From NCBI GenBank assembly GCA_026394715.1, contig JAPKXR010000229.1, forward strand, positions 628 through 64,627: a DNA stretch of 64,000 bases, read 5' to 3'. Position numbers and translations under genes: made by a program. The DNA comes from Methanomicrobiales archaeon (GTDB lineage: Archaea; Halobacteriota; Methanomicrobia; Methanomicrobiales; Methanospirillaceae). Of the stretch, positions 1-11,402 are shown piece after piece (positions within the stretch are counted from its first letter, which is position 1; each line of letters begins with the position of its first letter). The notes under the pieces were generated by a model. That model saw only the letters and a list, made by a program, of their open reading frames with translations. It made no database searches and was not told the DNA's origin.

Positions 1-61
1 TTTAACTGTCGCAGGACCATCAGGTGGTGCGACAGAGATAAAACGCGGGCCTACGCCTGTA

Positions 62-1981
62 ATGACACCTGCTGCAGCCAGCTCGGTGAATCCTGATGCT
101 CCTGTACCTGCCATGAAAGTTGCCAGGACAATGTGGTCAGATGACATAACCGAGCAGGACGAAAAAATTGTAAGTATCGACCAGATAAGGGGCTTAAGCG
201 GACTGATCCTCCCGAAAGGTGTGACATTTGAGATAGACTCGTTGCAACTGAAGAGCCGGGTCTCGCCATTTGCCATGGCAGACGGTAGTGTTCAAGAGCA
301 AATCGATAAAATATGGCAGGCCGGACTCCCGACAGGTGGCCTTTCCAGCATAAGCATTGACCAGGAAGGGGATGGATCAGCAGCGGCGGAAAAGGGCGGG
401 TTCCTGAATAAATTCAACCTTTTCAAACTGATCAGTCACGAAACCGAGGAATACAACCCGAAAATCCATGGTCCGCTCATCGATCTGGTAATGAAGCCCC
501 GTGCCGGGGTCGAAGAGTTGGAGTTTTATCCTGTCAATGAGCCCTATGCCTATATCCGTGTGGTATACGACAACTCAACTCACGAGTACACGTATACTGT
601 GCTGGAACCTGTCCTTTCGCCGGGGGAAATGGACCTCTTCTCAGAATTAAAAGAACGGATCTTTGAACGGCTCGATGTCAATTCAAGGGATATTGTTCCC
701 GAGTTTGCAAAAATTACGCTTAAAAAAGTGACGGATGATATCATAGCAGATTACGGCCTGACCTTGACTCCCGTCCAGCGGGCCAAAATTCTCTATAACA
801 TGGAGAAGGAATTCCTCGGCCAGGGTCTGATTGATCCCATTATGCATGACAAATATATAGAGGACATATCCTGTGACGGGGTCAATTCATCGATATTTGT
901 CTACCATGCACGGTACGAGTCAATGAAATCCAACCTGATGTTTACCAATGCTGAAGAACTGGACTCTTTTGTTACAAAACTCGCCCAGAGGTCAGGGAAA
1001 TATATCTCTATTGCAGCTCCGATGCTTGATGCGACAATGACCGACGGGTCCCGTATTCAGATGACACTGGGCCAGGAAGTGACGGCACATGGGTCTACAT
1101 TCACCATCCGTAAATTCAAGGACGAACCAATCACCCCGACCGACCTGATAGAATGGCATACTTTCTCACCCTTGTCAATCGCTTTTCTCTGGCTCGCTGT
1201 GGAAACAGGGAAATCCCTGATCCTTGCCGGTGGGACGGCATCAGGGAAGACAACAGCGCTGAACGCGCTTGCGCTGTTTATCCCGCCGCTAGCCAAGATC
1301 GTCACCCTTGAGGATACGCGGGAATTAAAACTCCCACACCCGAACTGGATCCCGAGTATTACCCGGGCATCGTTCGACTCGGCCGGCAAGGGAGAGATCG
1401 ACATGTATGAACTCCTGAGGGCGGCGCTTCGTCAGCGTCCGGAGTACATCATTGTTGGTGAAGTGCGAGGAAAAGAGGCCCAGACCCTGTTCCAGGCGAT
1501 GAGCACAGGGCACGTGACCTATTCAACAATTCACGCAGATTCAGTTGCAAGCGTTGTCCACAGGATTGAAAACCCTCCGCTTGATGTCCCGAGAAATATG
1601 CTGTCCGCTCTGGACCTTGTCTGTGTCCAGGTTCAGGCACGGGTGGGTGGCCAGAGGATACGGCGCAATAAACAGATCATCGAGATTCTTGATATTGATC
1701 CACGGACGAACGAGTTGATCACAAACGAAGTGTTCAAATGGAGACAGGCGACAGATGAAATTACCTATTCCGGAAAATCGTTCATATTAGAAGAGATCAT
1801 GGAAGAGAGGTGGTGGAATGAGGAGAGAATCAGGGAAGAGCTCAAGAGAAGGCAGGAAGTCCTCGAATGGATGCGGATTAAGAAAATCCGGCATTTCAAA
1901 GATGTTTCTCAGATCCTTGTCTCTTATTTCCGGGACCCGGAAGCGGTAATGCAAAAGGTAAGGGCCGAACTATATGAATAG
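62..1981 (+). CDS. Archaeal type IV filament assembly ATPase (FlaI/ArlI- or EpdL-like, GspE/VirB11 superfamily)
   Basis: 639-aa ORF with Walker A GGTASGKTT and the Walker B/Asp-box region RPEYIIVGEVRGKEA. The N-terminal block YPVNEPYAYIRVVYD...YTVLEP is typical of archaeal FlaI-like ATPases. It overlaps the next gene by 8 nt. The start is uncertain because the ORF opens 61 nt from the window edge. Confidence 0.85.
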   Translation: MTPAAASSVNPDAPVPAMKVARTMWSDDITEQDEKIVSIDQIRGLSGLILPKGVTFEIDSLQLKSRVSPFAMADGSVQEQIDKIWQAGLPTGGLSSISIDQEGDGSAAAEKGGFLNKFNLFKLISHETEEYNPKIHGPLIDLVMKPRAGVEELEFYPVNEPYAYIRVVYDNSTHEYTYTVLEPVLSPGEMDLFSELKERIFERLDVNSRDIVPEFAKITLKKVTDDIIADYGLTLTPVQRAKILYNMEKEFLGQGLIDPIMHDKYIEDISCDGVNSSIFVYHARYESMKSNLMFTNAEELDSFVTKLAQRSGKYISIAAPMLDATMTDGSRIQMTLGQEVTAHGSTFTIRKFKDEPITPTDLIEWHTFSPLSIAFLWLAVETGKSLILAGGTASGKTTALNALALFIPPLAKIVTLEDTRELKLPHPNWIPSITRASFDSAGKGEIDMYELLRAALRQRPEYIIVGEVRGKEAQTLFQAMSTGHVTYSTIHADSVASVVHRIENPPLDVPRNMLSALDLVCVQVQARVGGQRIRRNKQIIEILDIDPRTNELITNEVFKWRQATDEITYSGKSFILEEIMEERWWNEERIREELKRRQEVLEWMRIKKIRHFKDVSQILVSYFRDPEAVMQKVRAELYE

Positions 1982-2897
1982 TTACGAACGCTTCTGCTTC
2001 AATCTTCTGGGAAAGAGTGTAAAAGCACGACGTGAAAAATATTCAGAATTACGAAAAGATCTGCTGTCCTCCCGCATACAAACTCCATTTGAGGTATATC
2101 TCTCAACAGCATTTGTAACTTCAATCCTCGTCGGTCTGCTTGCTGCAGTCGGGATAGGGGCTGTTACATTTATTTTCCAACTTACGAAACTTGTCACCTA
2201 TCGGGGAGCTGTCCCGGATGCGATAGTCCCTATTGCCAATTATAGTCTTTTACTTGGGACTGTTGCGGTGACAATACTTTCTCTCCTGATTTTTGGAGGG
2301 TTGACCTATATGATCTACAATCTTTATCCCTCCTTTGTCGCGGGTAACCGGCGTAGGAATATTGATGCAACCCTTCCCTACGCGATTAATTACATCACTG
2401 CAATGTCGACAGCGGGTATCCCGCCAGCCGAGATTTTCCGGCAGCTGGCAGACAGTAAAATTTACGGTGAGAGCTCTGTCGAAGCCCGATATATCGTGCG
2501 GGAAATTGATATGTTCGGAAAAGACCTCATTGATGCGCTTAGAATTACCTCCATTTCCACGCCAAGCATGAGGATGAAGGAATTTATACAGGGCGCGATG
2601 GGAAGCATCTCCAGCGGGAGTAACCTGACGGTGTATTTCCGGACAAAAGCCGAGCAATATTCGATTGAAAACCGCCATACCCAGAAACTCTTCCTTGATA
2701 CCCTTGGCCTTATTGCTGAGTCGTATGTTACTGCAATGGTGGCCGGGCCGCTTTTCCTGATTATTCTCCAGTCGATTATGTCGGTTATCGGGAACAATGC
2801 GAATCCTATCTTTCTCTTTGTGATTATCTACATGATGATCCCGCTCGGGAGTATCATGTTTGTCATTATGATCAGTGCAATGACTCCGGAGGCTTAA
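1974..2897 (+). CDS. FlaJ/TadB-like polytopic membrane platform protein (one T2SSF-type domain)
   Basis: 307 aa with N- and C-terminal TM segments flanking a cytoplasmic domain (LPYAINYITAMSTAGIPPAEIFRQLA...GKDLIDALR...PS) that matches the T2SSF/FlaJ pattern. It is translationally coupled to the ATPase. Confidence 0.75.
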   Translation: MNSYERFCFNLLGKSVKARREKYSELRKDLLSSRIQTPFEVYLSTAFVTSILVGLLAAVGIGAVTFIFQLTKLVTYRGAVPDAIVPIANYSLLLGTVAVTILSLLIFGGLTYMIYNLYPSFVAGNRRRNIDATLPYAINYITAMSTAGIPPAEIFRQLADSKIYGESSVEARYIVREIDMFGKDLIDALRITSISTPSMRMKEFIQGAMGSISSGSNLTVYFRTKAEQYSIENRHTQKLFLDTLGLIAESYVTAMVAGPLFLIILQSIMSVIGNNANPIFLFVIIYMMIPLGSIMFVIMISAMTPEA

Positions 2898-2898
2898 A

Positions 2899-3927
2899 AT
2901 GGGTTGGAAAGATAAAATTCCAGGTTTGGGTGGAAAAAAAAGCATTCCTAAAAGCCTACCCGGAAAACGTGTAAGTTATTCTGATGATGCGGAACATGAA
3001 ATTGAAGAAAAACTCGAATATGACCGCGCTCACCGGGTAGGGTTTGGCCGGTTCGTCCGGCACCCCCTGAAGGTGCTCACTGAACAGCCGATCAATATTC
3101 TCATCGTGTGTGTACCGGTATCTCTGGCGTTCTTCCTCATCAGTACTGTGACCATGATCCGGCAGTATGGCCTGTCCGTGATGTTCACGACAACGATTAT
3201 AGACGATATCGCGGTCATTTCAATCCTGATTGCCATCGGTCCTCTTGCAATTCTCCAGACAAGGGAATCAAAACGAATTAATAACCTCGAAGAAGCGCTC
3301 CCCAATTTCTTCCGTGATCTTGCGGGTATGAACGACAGTGGCATGACGCTCCCCAATGCCGTCCACCTTGTATCTGCCGGTGAATACAGTACCTTAACGC
3401 CATTTATTCGTAAAATGGATAGCGAAATGTCGTGGAATGTGCCATTTGTCCAGGCAATGTACCGTTTCGGGCAGCGGCTGCGTACCCCGCTTGCAGACCG
3501 GAGTGTCGACCTGATTGCGAAGGCAAGCAGGGCTGGCGGTGATGCCAGCGAAGTGCTCCGTGCTGCGGCGAATGATACCTATGAATTTGTGAGTCTCAAA
3601 ACAGAGCGGAACAATAACATGATGATCTATGTCGTTATTGTGTTGGTATCGTTCCTGGTGTTCCTGTTTGTTATTTTTATACTGGTCACGACATTTCTTA
3701 CCACGATGGCAACTGCAGCCCAGGCAGGGGGACAATCCGGTCCACAGTTCATAAAAAACCTTAATCTTTTCTTTTACAAGCGGTTGTTTGCCCATGCTGC
3801 CATGATCCAGGGTGTCTTTTCAGGACTCGTTGCCGGGCAGATGGGTGAAGGCAGTGCAATTGCGGGCCTTAAGTATTCTGCAATCATGTTGCTGATTGCA
3901 TGGATTTCGTTCCGGTTCTTTGTGTAA
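2899..3927 (+). CDS. FlaJ/TadC-like polytopic membrane platform protein (second half-size T2SSF protein)
   Basis: 342 aa containing LEEALPNFFRDLAGMNDSGMTLPNAVHLV...RAGGDASEVLRAAANDTYE plus several TM helices. It starts 1 nt after the previous stop. Confidence 0.75.
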   Translation: MGWKDKIPGLGGKKSIPKSLPGKRVSYSDDAEHEIEEKLEYDRAHRVGFGRFVRHPLKVLTEQPINILIVCVPVSLAFFLISTVTMIRQYGLSVMFTTTIIDDIAVISILIAIGPLAILQTRESKRINNLEEALPNFFRDLAGMNDSGMTLPNAVHLVSAGEYSTLTPFIRKMDSEMSWNVPFVQAMYRFGQRLRTPLADRSVDLIAKASRAGGDASEVLRAAANDTYEFVSLKTERNNNMMIYVVIVLVSFLVFLFVIFILVTTFLTTMATAAQAGGQSGPQFIKNLNLFFYKRLFAHAAMIQGVFSGLVAGQMGEGSAIAGLKYSAIMLLIAWISFRFFV

Positions 3928-4056
3928 CGGTTGAACCTTTCCCGTCATATTGTATACTGGGGAACTGCCATATCAGGTATTTTTAATTTCCTCTGGATAC
4001 AATCAGGCCAAAAATATCTTTATAACTGTGGGACGGGCGTGAGTTGAATCATCTGA

Positions 4057-4089
4057 TTTTTTTATTGGGGGGAGGTGTTTTTAAAAAAA
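4057..4089. terminator. Bidirectional oligo-T / oligo-A tract between convergent genes
   Basis: T7 at 4057-4063 (+ strand) and A7 at 4083-4089 (T7 on the - strand) lie in the 220-nt gap between the platform gene (+) and top6A (-). Archaeal termination typically uses oligo-T. Confidence 0.35.
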
Positions 4090-4148
4090 TATGGGGGAAA
4101 TGGCCCGGGATGTGAAAGAATGCCTGACGATAGTGGTGTCCCCCACCG

Positions 4149-5237
4149 TCAGAGGATCCCCATATCGGAGAGTCTTTTGGGGAGATATTCCTTTGTGACG
4201 AAATCAAGCCCTCGGGCTGCAAATGCCTGCTGTTCTGATTTCATTCCCATCTTTAGCTGTAAATTGATCTGCTCTTTCCAGTAGTCCGTTGCAAAACGCG
4301 GGTCCGAAAGTTCACTGTGGAGCGCGGCAATATCACGTTCATTGAGGTGGTCTGAAGGGAGGTTGTAGTCCCGAATATCGCTTGGCTGAACGCCGATAAA
4401 CCTGGCCTGCGGGGTGGCAAGGATTTCTGACATGTGGGCACTTTTGATTGCCCCATATGCAACACTGGCGTAAATCCGGTACGACCAGGGGTCGCCATCG
4501 GTGAACACGACCACCGGGAGCTTGAACTGGTCATTGATTCTGTTCAGGACACGACGGGTTGAACGGGCCGGTTGACCCTTCAGGTGAACAAGAATTGCCT
4601 TGTATTCCTCATCAAACCCGTTCTCGATCAACCGTGCATACATACCGCCGGTCTCGATCGCGATGACAAATCTGGCATCGTGACTGAGAAAATCGATGGT
4701 ATCGACATTGGTCGGTATCTGGTAACCCGCTTCTCCGACGTCATCCCTGCAATGGATCGTACGCTCTCCTCTTCGTGTCACTTCTTTTAATTCAATCGCG
4801 CCGAAAATTGTTGCCCCGTCTTCTTCAGGCCGTAAATGGAACGCCTCCCGTTGCATATCGGTCAGGATCTCAAGGTCTTCAATTAAGAAATTGCTCTCAT
4901 CCTGCGCACCGAATTTTGCTTTTTTCCAGCCCTCCGAGATGTAATACAACTCTCTTAACGTTGACGAACGGTTTTCGCCTATCTGTTTTTTCAAAAACCA
5001 GATTACCCACGCCATCTTCAGGATATGCATCGCACTTTTTGCCGAACCTGCAGAGCGGGTACTTTCCTTTTCGCCATATTTCCAGACTTCACTCTCGTCA
5101 TCGAATTCAATATTATGTTTTGTCCGGGTGGGCAGGTTGATAGAGGGGATTACTCCGCTCTTCATCTGGTCATACCATTTTTGTGCAATTGTCTGCAGGC
5201 TTTCGATGGCCCGTTTATTGAGGTCTGATTTAGACAT
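4149..5237 (-). CDS. top6A: DNA topoisomerase VI subunit A (Spo11-like)
   Basis: 362 aa. Contains the Toprim block [30 protein letters not shown] and the family-typical LRELYY segment. It overlaps top6B by 8 nt. Confidence 0.93.
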   Translation of the reverse strand: MSKSDLNKRAIESLQTIAQKWYDQMKSGVIPSINLPTRTKHNIEFDDESEVWKYGEKESTRSAGSAKSAMHILKMAWVIWFLKKQIGENRSSTLRELYYISEGWKKAKFGAQDESNFLIEDLEILTDMQREAFHLRPEEDGATIFGAIELKEVTRRGERTIHCRDDVGEAGYQIPTNVDTIDFLSHDARFVIAIETGGMYARLIENGFDEEYKAILVHLKGQPARSTRRVLNRINDQFKLPVVVFTDGDPWSYRIYASVAYGAIKSAHMSEILATPQARFIGVQPSDIRDYNLPSDHLNERDIAALHSELSDPRFATDYWKEQINLQLKMGMKSEQQAFAARGLDFVTKEYLPKRLSDMGIL

Positions 5238-7032
5238 TCAGGTCCACCACCACGCATTTTCCCTCGTCGATTCCCCTGATGTCAAGGTTACCGCCACCCC
5301 TGCCTTTCCAGGTAACCTTCCAACTGGCGCCAGGTGCCAGGGGTACCTGCCAGACCTTGGTAAACTCGGTATCGAGTGAGGTTACAAAATCCGCCTTTGG
5401 CTCGGCATCATGTGCACTGTCAGGTGAGGTCTCGTACACTGATACCGTGCCGTTGAAATCAGTATAGTTGTTCAATTCAATTGTGACGGTGTCACCAGAT
5501 AACCGTTTCTTTACAACCATCTTTCTCATGATACGCCCTTCGATCGGGCTGATATCCGGGATGGGGAGTTCGACGATCTCGGCAACTTTCTCGGCGATCT
5601 CGGGGATTATTGCACACACCGCCCGGGCCCGGTCTTCTGCAAGCCGGTTCCGGTCCCTCCTTGAAAGAAATTGTTTTAAATCGCGTCCCAGGTCCTGAAG
5701 GGCAAGGGTGACTTCCTTTTCGATTTCTGGGATCGATGCAACCGCATCTTTGCTTTCACTTGTGAATGGTACGTTTGTCGAGGCAACATGGACGAGAATG
5801 AGTAATGGCCCGACCGGAAGGCCCTGTTGGGAAACAGAGTAACTTTTCCAGTTTATTTCCGTGATGCAGCCGGTGATTGCGCAGGCCCCCTGCTGGTACA
5901 TCAGAGGCACCCGGTTTGCAAACCTGAGGATCTGTGCGTTTCCTTCAGGTGGAAGTTTTCCACCATACCCAAGTGCTGCCTCGACCATGAAGGGATGACC
6001 TGAAAATACAGAGCTTGGCCGTGTCCTGGCCCTGACAAAGTCCATTGGGAACTCTTTACGGAGGCCCCTGATGATAAGATCCTCACCAATCGGTGAGAGG
6101 CAGAGCGATGCAGGCGGGGCGGGGACATTAACCTGTTGCATGGCGGCAATCAACTGCCGTTGTTCATCTGGAGTCAGTTTTTTTGCAGATTTCTCCGGGG
6201 ATATCCCTGCAATCTGGCACATTTCTAGCGCGGTTTTCTTCCCGACGCGGGAAAAACCAGATACCAGGAACAGTTCGACCTGGCCATCACTTGACGCAAG
6301 CATCCGTTGAAGCTGTCCAATCTCGATACCGTGTGGGTGCGGCTGGATTGCCTTCGGGCAGACAATGATTTCCGAGCTCACCCGCTCGAATGTTTCCGTT
6401 TCATCGTCCAGGTCTACACGGAGCCGTGCGTGAGGGTTCACGACGGCCGTGTAGCGCAGGTATTCGAGGAGCCTTTTTTTAGCGGCAAGGCTGCTTTTAA
6501 ATTCAATCTGGACACGGGTCCCGTGAGCTCTGTCCCATTCGATCTCCTGCGTGCTGATAATATCCGGCTCGTTGGTCTCTATTTTTATCTGGAGCATCAC
6601 CTGGCAGGCGGGTGTCGCAGCACTTGTTCGTGAAATCACAAGGGTCGGAGTCCCGGTCGTAAGCTGTGCATAGAGCACGGCAGCGCTGATACCAATACCC
6701 TGCTGGCCCCTGCTTTGTTTAATCTGGTGGAAGCGTGAGCCGTAGAGAAGTTTCCCAAAGACATAAGGGATTTGTGCGGGGACAATACCGGGGCCATTGT
6801 CCTCGACAATAATCCGGAATACATCTCCGGATATCCGTTTTATACCTACATAGATATCGGGAAGGACTTCAGCTTCTTCACAGGCATCAAGGGCATTATC
6901 AACTGCTTCCTTGACGGTTGTGATTATTCCCCTCGTAGGGGAGTCAAACCCGAGCAGGTGCTTATTTTTCTCGAAGAATTCTGCGACACTGATACTCCTC
7001 TGGGCCTTGGCAAGCTCATCCGCGAGGACCAC
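5230..7032 (-). CDS. top6B: DNA topoisomerase VI subunit B (GHKL ATPase)
   Basis: 600 aa. N-terminal Bergerat fold motifs [21 protein letters not shown] and [13 protein letters not shown]. It sits adjacent to and overlapping top6A. Confidence 0.93.
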   Translation of the reverse strand: MVLADELAKAQRSISVAEFFEKNKHLLGFDSPTRGIITTVKEAVDNALDACEEAEVLPDIYVGIKRISGDVFRIIVEDNGPGIVPAQIPYVFGKLLYGSRFHQIKQSRGQQGIGISAAVLYAQLTTGTPTLVISRTSAATPACQVMLQIKIETNEPDIISTQEIEWDRAHGTRVQIEFKSSLAAKKRLLEYLRYTAVVNPHARLRVDLDDETETFERVSSEIIVCPKAIQPHPHGIEIGQLQRMLASSDGQVELFLVSGFSRVGKKTALEMCQIAGISPEKSAKKLTPDEQRQLIAAMQQVNVPAPPASLCLSPIGEDLIIRGLRKEFPMDFVRARTRPSSVFSGHPFMVEAALGYGGKLPPEGNAQILRFANRVPLMYQQGACAITGCITEINWKSYSVSQQGLPVGPLLILVHVASTNVPFTSESKDAVASIPEIEKEVTLALQDLGRDLKQFLSRRDRNRLAEDRARAVCAIIPEIAEKVAEIVELPIPDISPIEGRIMRKMVVKKRLSGDTVTIELNNYTDFNGTVSVYETSPDSAHDAEPKADFVTSLDTEFTKVWQVPLAPGASWKVTWKGRGGGNLDIRGIDEGKCVVVDLNV

Positions 7033-8251
7033 TCGTTACCACCTCACGTACTGCAGAGGGGAGGTCTAGTTCATGCTGTTCACCACTGATCAGGTCTTTT
7101 AATGTGACCGTCCCCGACTCCTGCTCGCGCTTTCCGATAATTGCGACGAATTGTGCAGACTTCGACGCATGGGTGATCTGTGCACCGATGTTACGCCCCA
7201 TGATATCAGTTTCAGTCCGGAGCCCTGCTTCCCGGAACGCTCTGGCAACCCGGAGCGCGTGAGTCCTTCCCTCCTGGGTGTAGACGATACCGACGACACG
7301 TTCTGCTTCTCCTGCCGTATCACCAAGTGAGACCATTACGCGGTCGAACCCTATTGCAAATCCCGATGATGGTACATCGTCACCGCCAAAAAGATGGGCG
7401 AGGCGGTAGGCACCGCCTCCAAGGATCTGGTTTTCTGCACCGAGGTTATCCGCAAAAGCCTCGAATACGATGCCCGTGTAATAGTCCAGTCCCCGGGCTA
7501 TGCCCGGGTCAAGCGAATACGGTACCTCCATTTCGTCAAGCAGGCCAAGAGTCTCTTCAGTCCTTTTATAATCGGGAAGTTCCCCGGTAACTTCCGTCAC
7601 TTCGTCAAGTGACCGGCATTCGAGTAGTGCCGTGAGGGAAGTATAGAGGTCTGACCTGCCCGTAACTGCAAGATGACCCTTCAGGCCGGCATCGTCTTTT
7701 TTATCAAGATATCGCATCACAATACGCTGTTCCTTCGGATCCATGTCTGAAAGCAGTGCTTTCATGAAATCCAGGTGACCGATATGCAGGGTGAATGACA
7801 CCCCTGAAGATTCAAGGAGGTCACGGGCAAGCATGATCACCTCCGCATCTGCAACCGGCGTATCTGCACCAATGAGCTCAACGCCGAACTGCCAGAACTG
7901 GCGATAACGTCCTTTCTGCGGACGTTCATACCGGAAACAATCCCCAAAATAGCACCACCGTAATGGCTTTGGGATAACCCGTGCTTCGTTAAGGTACATT
8001 CTCTGGACCGCCGCAGTGATTTCCGGCCGGAGTGCCATCATGCGCCCCCCCTTATCTTCGAATACATACATTTCTTCGATTATACCCTGGCCAGAGCGCG
8101 CGGTGAACAATTCCAGTTCTTCAAATTCCGGGGTGCAGACTTCACGATAACCCCAGCAACGGGCAACGTCGCGCATACGCTTTTCTACTGCTCTTCGTCG
8201 CTCCATCTCATCAGGGAGGAAGTCCCTGGTCCCCCTCGGCTTCTGTATCAT
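7016..8251 (-). CDS. hisS: Histidyl-tRNA synthetase
   Basis: 411 aa. N-terminus [20 protein letters not shown], class II motifs ([16 protein letters not shown]) and GGGAYRL. Confidence 0.95.
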   Translation of the reverse strand: MIQKPRGTRDFLPDEMERRRAVEKRMRDVARCWGYREVCTPEFEELELFTARSGQGIIEEMYVFEDKGGRMMALRPEITAAVQRMYLNEARVIPKPLRWCYFGDCFRYERPQKGRYRQFWQFGVELIGADTPVADAEVIMLARDLLESSGVSFTLHIGHLDFMKALLSDMDPKEQRIVMRYLDKKDDAGLKGHLAVTGRSDLYTSLTALLECRSLDEVTEVTGELPDYKRTEETLGLLDEMEVPYSLDPGIARGLDYYTGIVFEAFADNLGAENQILGGGAYRLAHLFGGDDVPSSGFAIGFDRVMVSLGDTAGEAERVVGIVYTQEGRTHALRVARAFREAGLRTETDIMGRNIGAQITHASKSAQFVAIIGKREQESGTVTLKDLISGEQHELDLPSAVREVVTSGPRG

Positions 8252-8279
8252 TTCTCACTCACCATTCCAGTCTGCTATC

Positions 8280-8591
8280 TTATTTTCTTCCATATCGTAC
8301 CGAGCCAAAGAAACGTTCTGCGGTACTTTCGTCCTTCCATACTTTTTCCCGTGTGCCCCTGTCCCGAAGGAAAAGCGCAGCCATCACGACGCCGATACCC
8401 AGTACCTCTGCGGAAGCACCGAGCAGCGCGATAAGAAACCCGAGAGTGGCGAGTGCACCATATAGTACACCATAACGCGCTGCTTTCCTGTATCCCGGCA
8501 GGCCCGTGCGATAATATATCCGGGCATCACGCAACCACAGGAATATTACGGCGACTGCCCCGAATAATGCGATATATAAAAGATAGCTCAT
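8280..8591 (-). CDS. Small hypothetical membrane protein (about 3 TM)
   Basis: 103-aa ORF with three hydrophobic helices and a basic tail. No family recognised. Confidence 0.45.
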   Translation of the reverse strand: MSYLLYIALFGAVAVIFLWLRDARIYYRTGLPGYRKAARYGVLYGALATLGFLIALLGASAEVLGIGVVMAALFLRDRGTREKVWKDESTAERFFGSVRYGRK

Positions 8592-8639
8592 ATGATGAAC
8601 GTATAATTATACGCCAGACCATATCTTTATTATCAAATC

Positions 8640-9925
<1,286 letters not shown>

Positions 9926-10006
9926 CCGGTCCGCGTGCTTTTTACGGCCCCCTACCTGCAAGGTATCAGAAAGAATGTCTTCTTGCAGGTTAAACTGGTG
10001 TATTCC

Positions 10007-11284
10007 ATGTTTCGGCAGTTAAAGGAAATGTTCCATAAAGAAGAAGTGCCACCCTTGACCCTGGCATCAGGTGAGATCCCCGACTGGATTACGGGTGAGT
10101 ATTCAAAGGTTGGGAAAAACGAAAAAGACCATGTCGACGTGTCAAGAAGAAATATCATTGGGAATATTGAAAAATTGAGGGAACTAGTGGAGTTTCTTGG
10201 CTCTGCCGAACACGAGGGGGTCGTGCATCCAAAACTGGAAAAGGTGGTGGAAAAATCTCTGCCTCTCTATAAAAAAGCCATAATGGCTGCACTTAACCGG
10301 CAGTTCCCTGAAAACCCTGATGATTTTTATATCGCAATTACCGAGTGTCTCAAGGGTTGTCTTAAAAGTTCGGCAGGGCCCGGTCGATATTTAATCGCGG
10401 TTTTTCCAGAGGAGATGAAAGCCATAAGGGCTGCCATTGACCAGGTTGGGCGGGAAATTAACTCGCTGAATCCAACAATTGCACAAGCTCGTAGTAAAGG
10501 GGAGGGACTGAACAAGATCCGGCAGATCTATGAGTCTTACCTTCATACCTGCGAAGAATTTCGACAGGCAGAGGATCAGTACCCCCAGCTTATCGATCGG
10601 TCGCTGGTACTGCAGGGTGAAATTAAGGTCATAAGTGAAGAAATCCGCTATTTAAGCCTGGACCCCCGCATGAAACAGCTTAATGAGTTACATGTGGAAG
10701 TAAAAGAGTTGAAAGAGGAGCACGAGCGAGCACGTGGTGAGTTCTCTGCATCAGGCACATTGATTGTTCATGTGCTGAAGCGGGCTGAAAAAGTTGCCCA
10801 GAAGGACCGCAATGTCGCCCTTGCGAAAAAGACCCATACACTGGCAGCGCTGCTCTCAAAAAGTGAAATTCCTGCAATTTCCGTTCTTTGTCAGGAATTG
10901 AATGATGTACTTCCTGAAATCATCGTGATGGTTACGCGCGGAGATATTTCCCTTAAGAATAAGGAGGAGCACCAGTATTTTTCTAACCCCGCATTGTTGC
11001 CCGGGAAAATGCAGAAAATTTTCAGCCGGATCGAAAGCACCGATAATCAACTGGCAGAGACCCGCAGAAAAATAGAGGGGTGCAGTTTCATAAAAGAGAA
11101 AGAATCAATGGACCGCCGCTTCAATAAAAAAACGAGTGAACTGGCAGAGGTAGCATTGAGCAAGGCTTCACTTGAAGGGCGTCTCACGATATTAAAAGAG
11201 GAAATCCCCCTGTTGCTTCAACAGACCGAAGACCTGATATCAGTATATTCCGGAAAAAAAGTAATAATCAGCAGGAATACTTGA
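10007..11284 (+). CDS. Hypothetical alpha-helical / coiled-coil protein
   Basis: The ORF is open from 9935, and ATG 10007 (MFRQLKEMF...) is the more plausible start. The 425-aa protein is rich in E/K/L/R heptad-like stretches. I recognise no catalytic or family motif. Confidence 0.55.
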   Translation: MFRQLKEMFHKEEVPPLTLASGEIPDWITGEYSKVGKNEKDHVDVSRRNIIGNIEKLRELVEFLGSAEHEGVVHPKLEKVVEKSLPLYKKAIMAALNRQFPENPDDFYIAITECLKGCLKSSAGPGRYLIAVFPEEMKAIRAAIDQVGREINSLNPTIAQARSKGEGLNKIRQIYESYLHTCEEFRQAEDQYPQLIDRSLVLQGEIKVISEEIRYLSLDPRMKQLNELHVEVKELKEEHERARGEFSASGTLIVHVLKRAEKVAQKDRNVALAKKTHTLAALLSKSEIPAISVLCQELNDVLPEIIVMVTRGDISLKNKEEHQYFSNPALLPGKMQKIFSRIESTDNQLAETRRKIEGCSFIKEKESMDRRFNKKTSELAEVALSKASLEGRLTILKEEIPLLLQQTEDLISVYSGKKVIISRNT

Positions 11285-11309
11285 TAGTCCCCGGTAATTT
11301 ACCTGGTGC

Positions 11310-11316
11310 TTTTTTT
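11310..11316 (+). terminator. Oligo-T tract after the coiled-coil gene
   Basis: A T7 run lies 26 nt after the stop, preceded by an imperfect hairpin (ccggtaatttacctgg). Confidence 0.4.
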
Positions 11317-11402
11317 ATTACCCCCGAACTGGCAGGTTCGTCCTGAAAACCCATCATGTTTTTATTCGTTCTACCCGTAAGTGTAGTCTCGTAGATATTT
11401 TT

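Noticed and set aside
2250-2945. 231-aa ORF on the - strand
   Set aside because: It is antisense to the FlaJ/TadB-like gene, which has coherent TM topology and T2SSF-type motifs.
9935-10006. N-terminal 24-codon extension of the coiled-coil ORF
   Set aside because: It starts 9 nt after the nadM stop and translates to a hydrophobic, unconvincing peptide. The internal ATG at 10007 gives a more natural N-terminus. The upstream start cannot be excluded without data.
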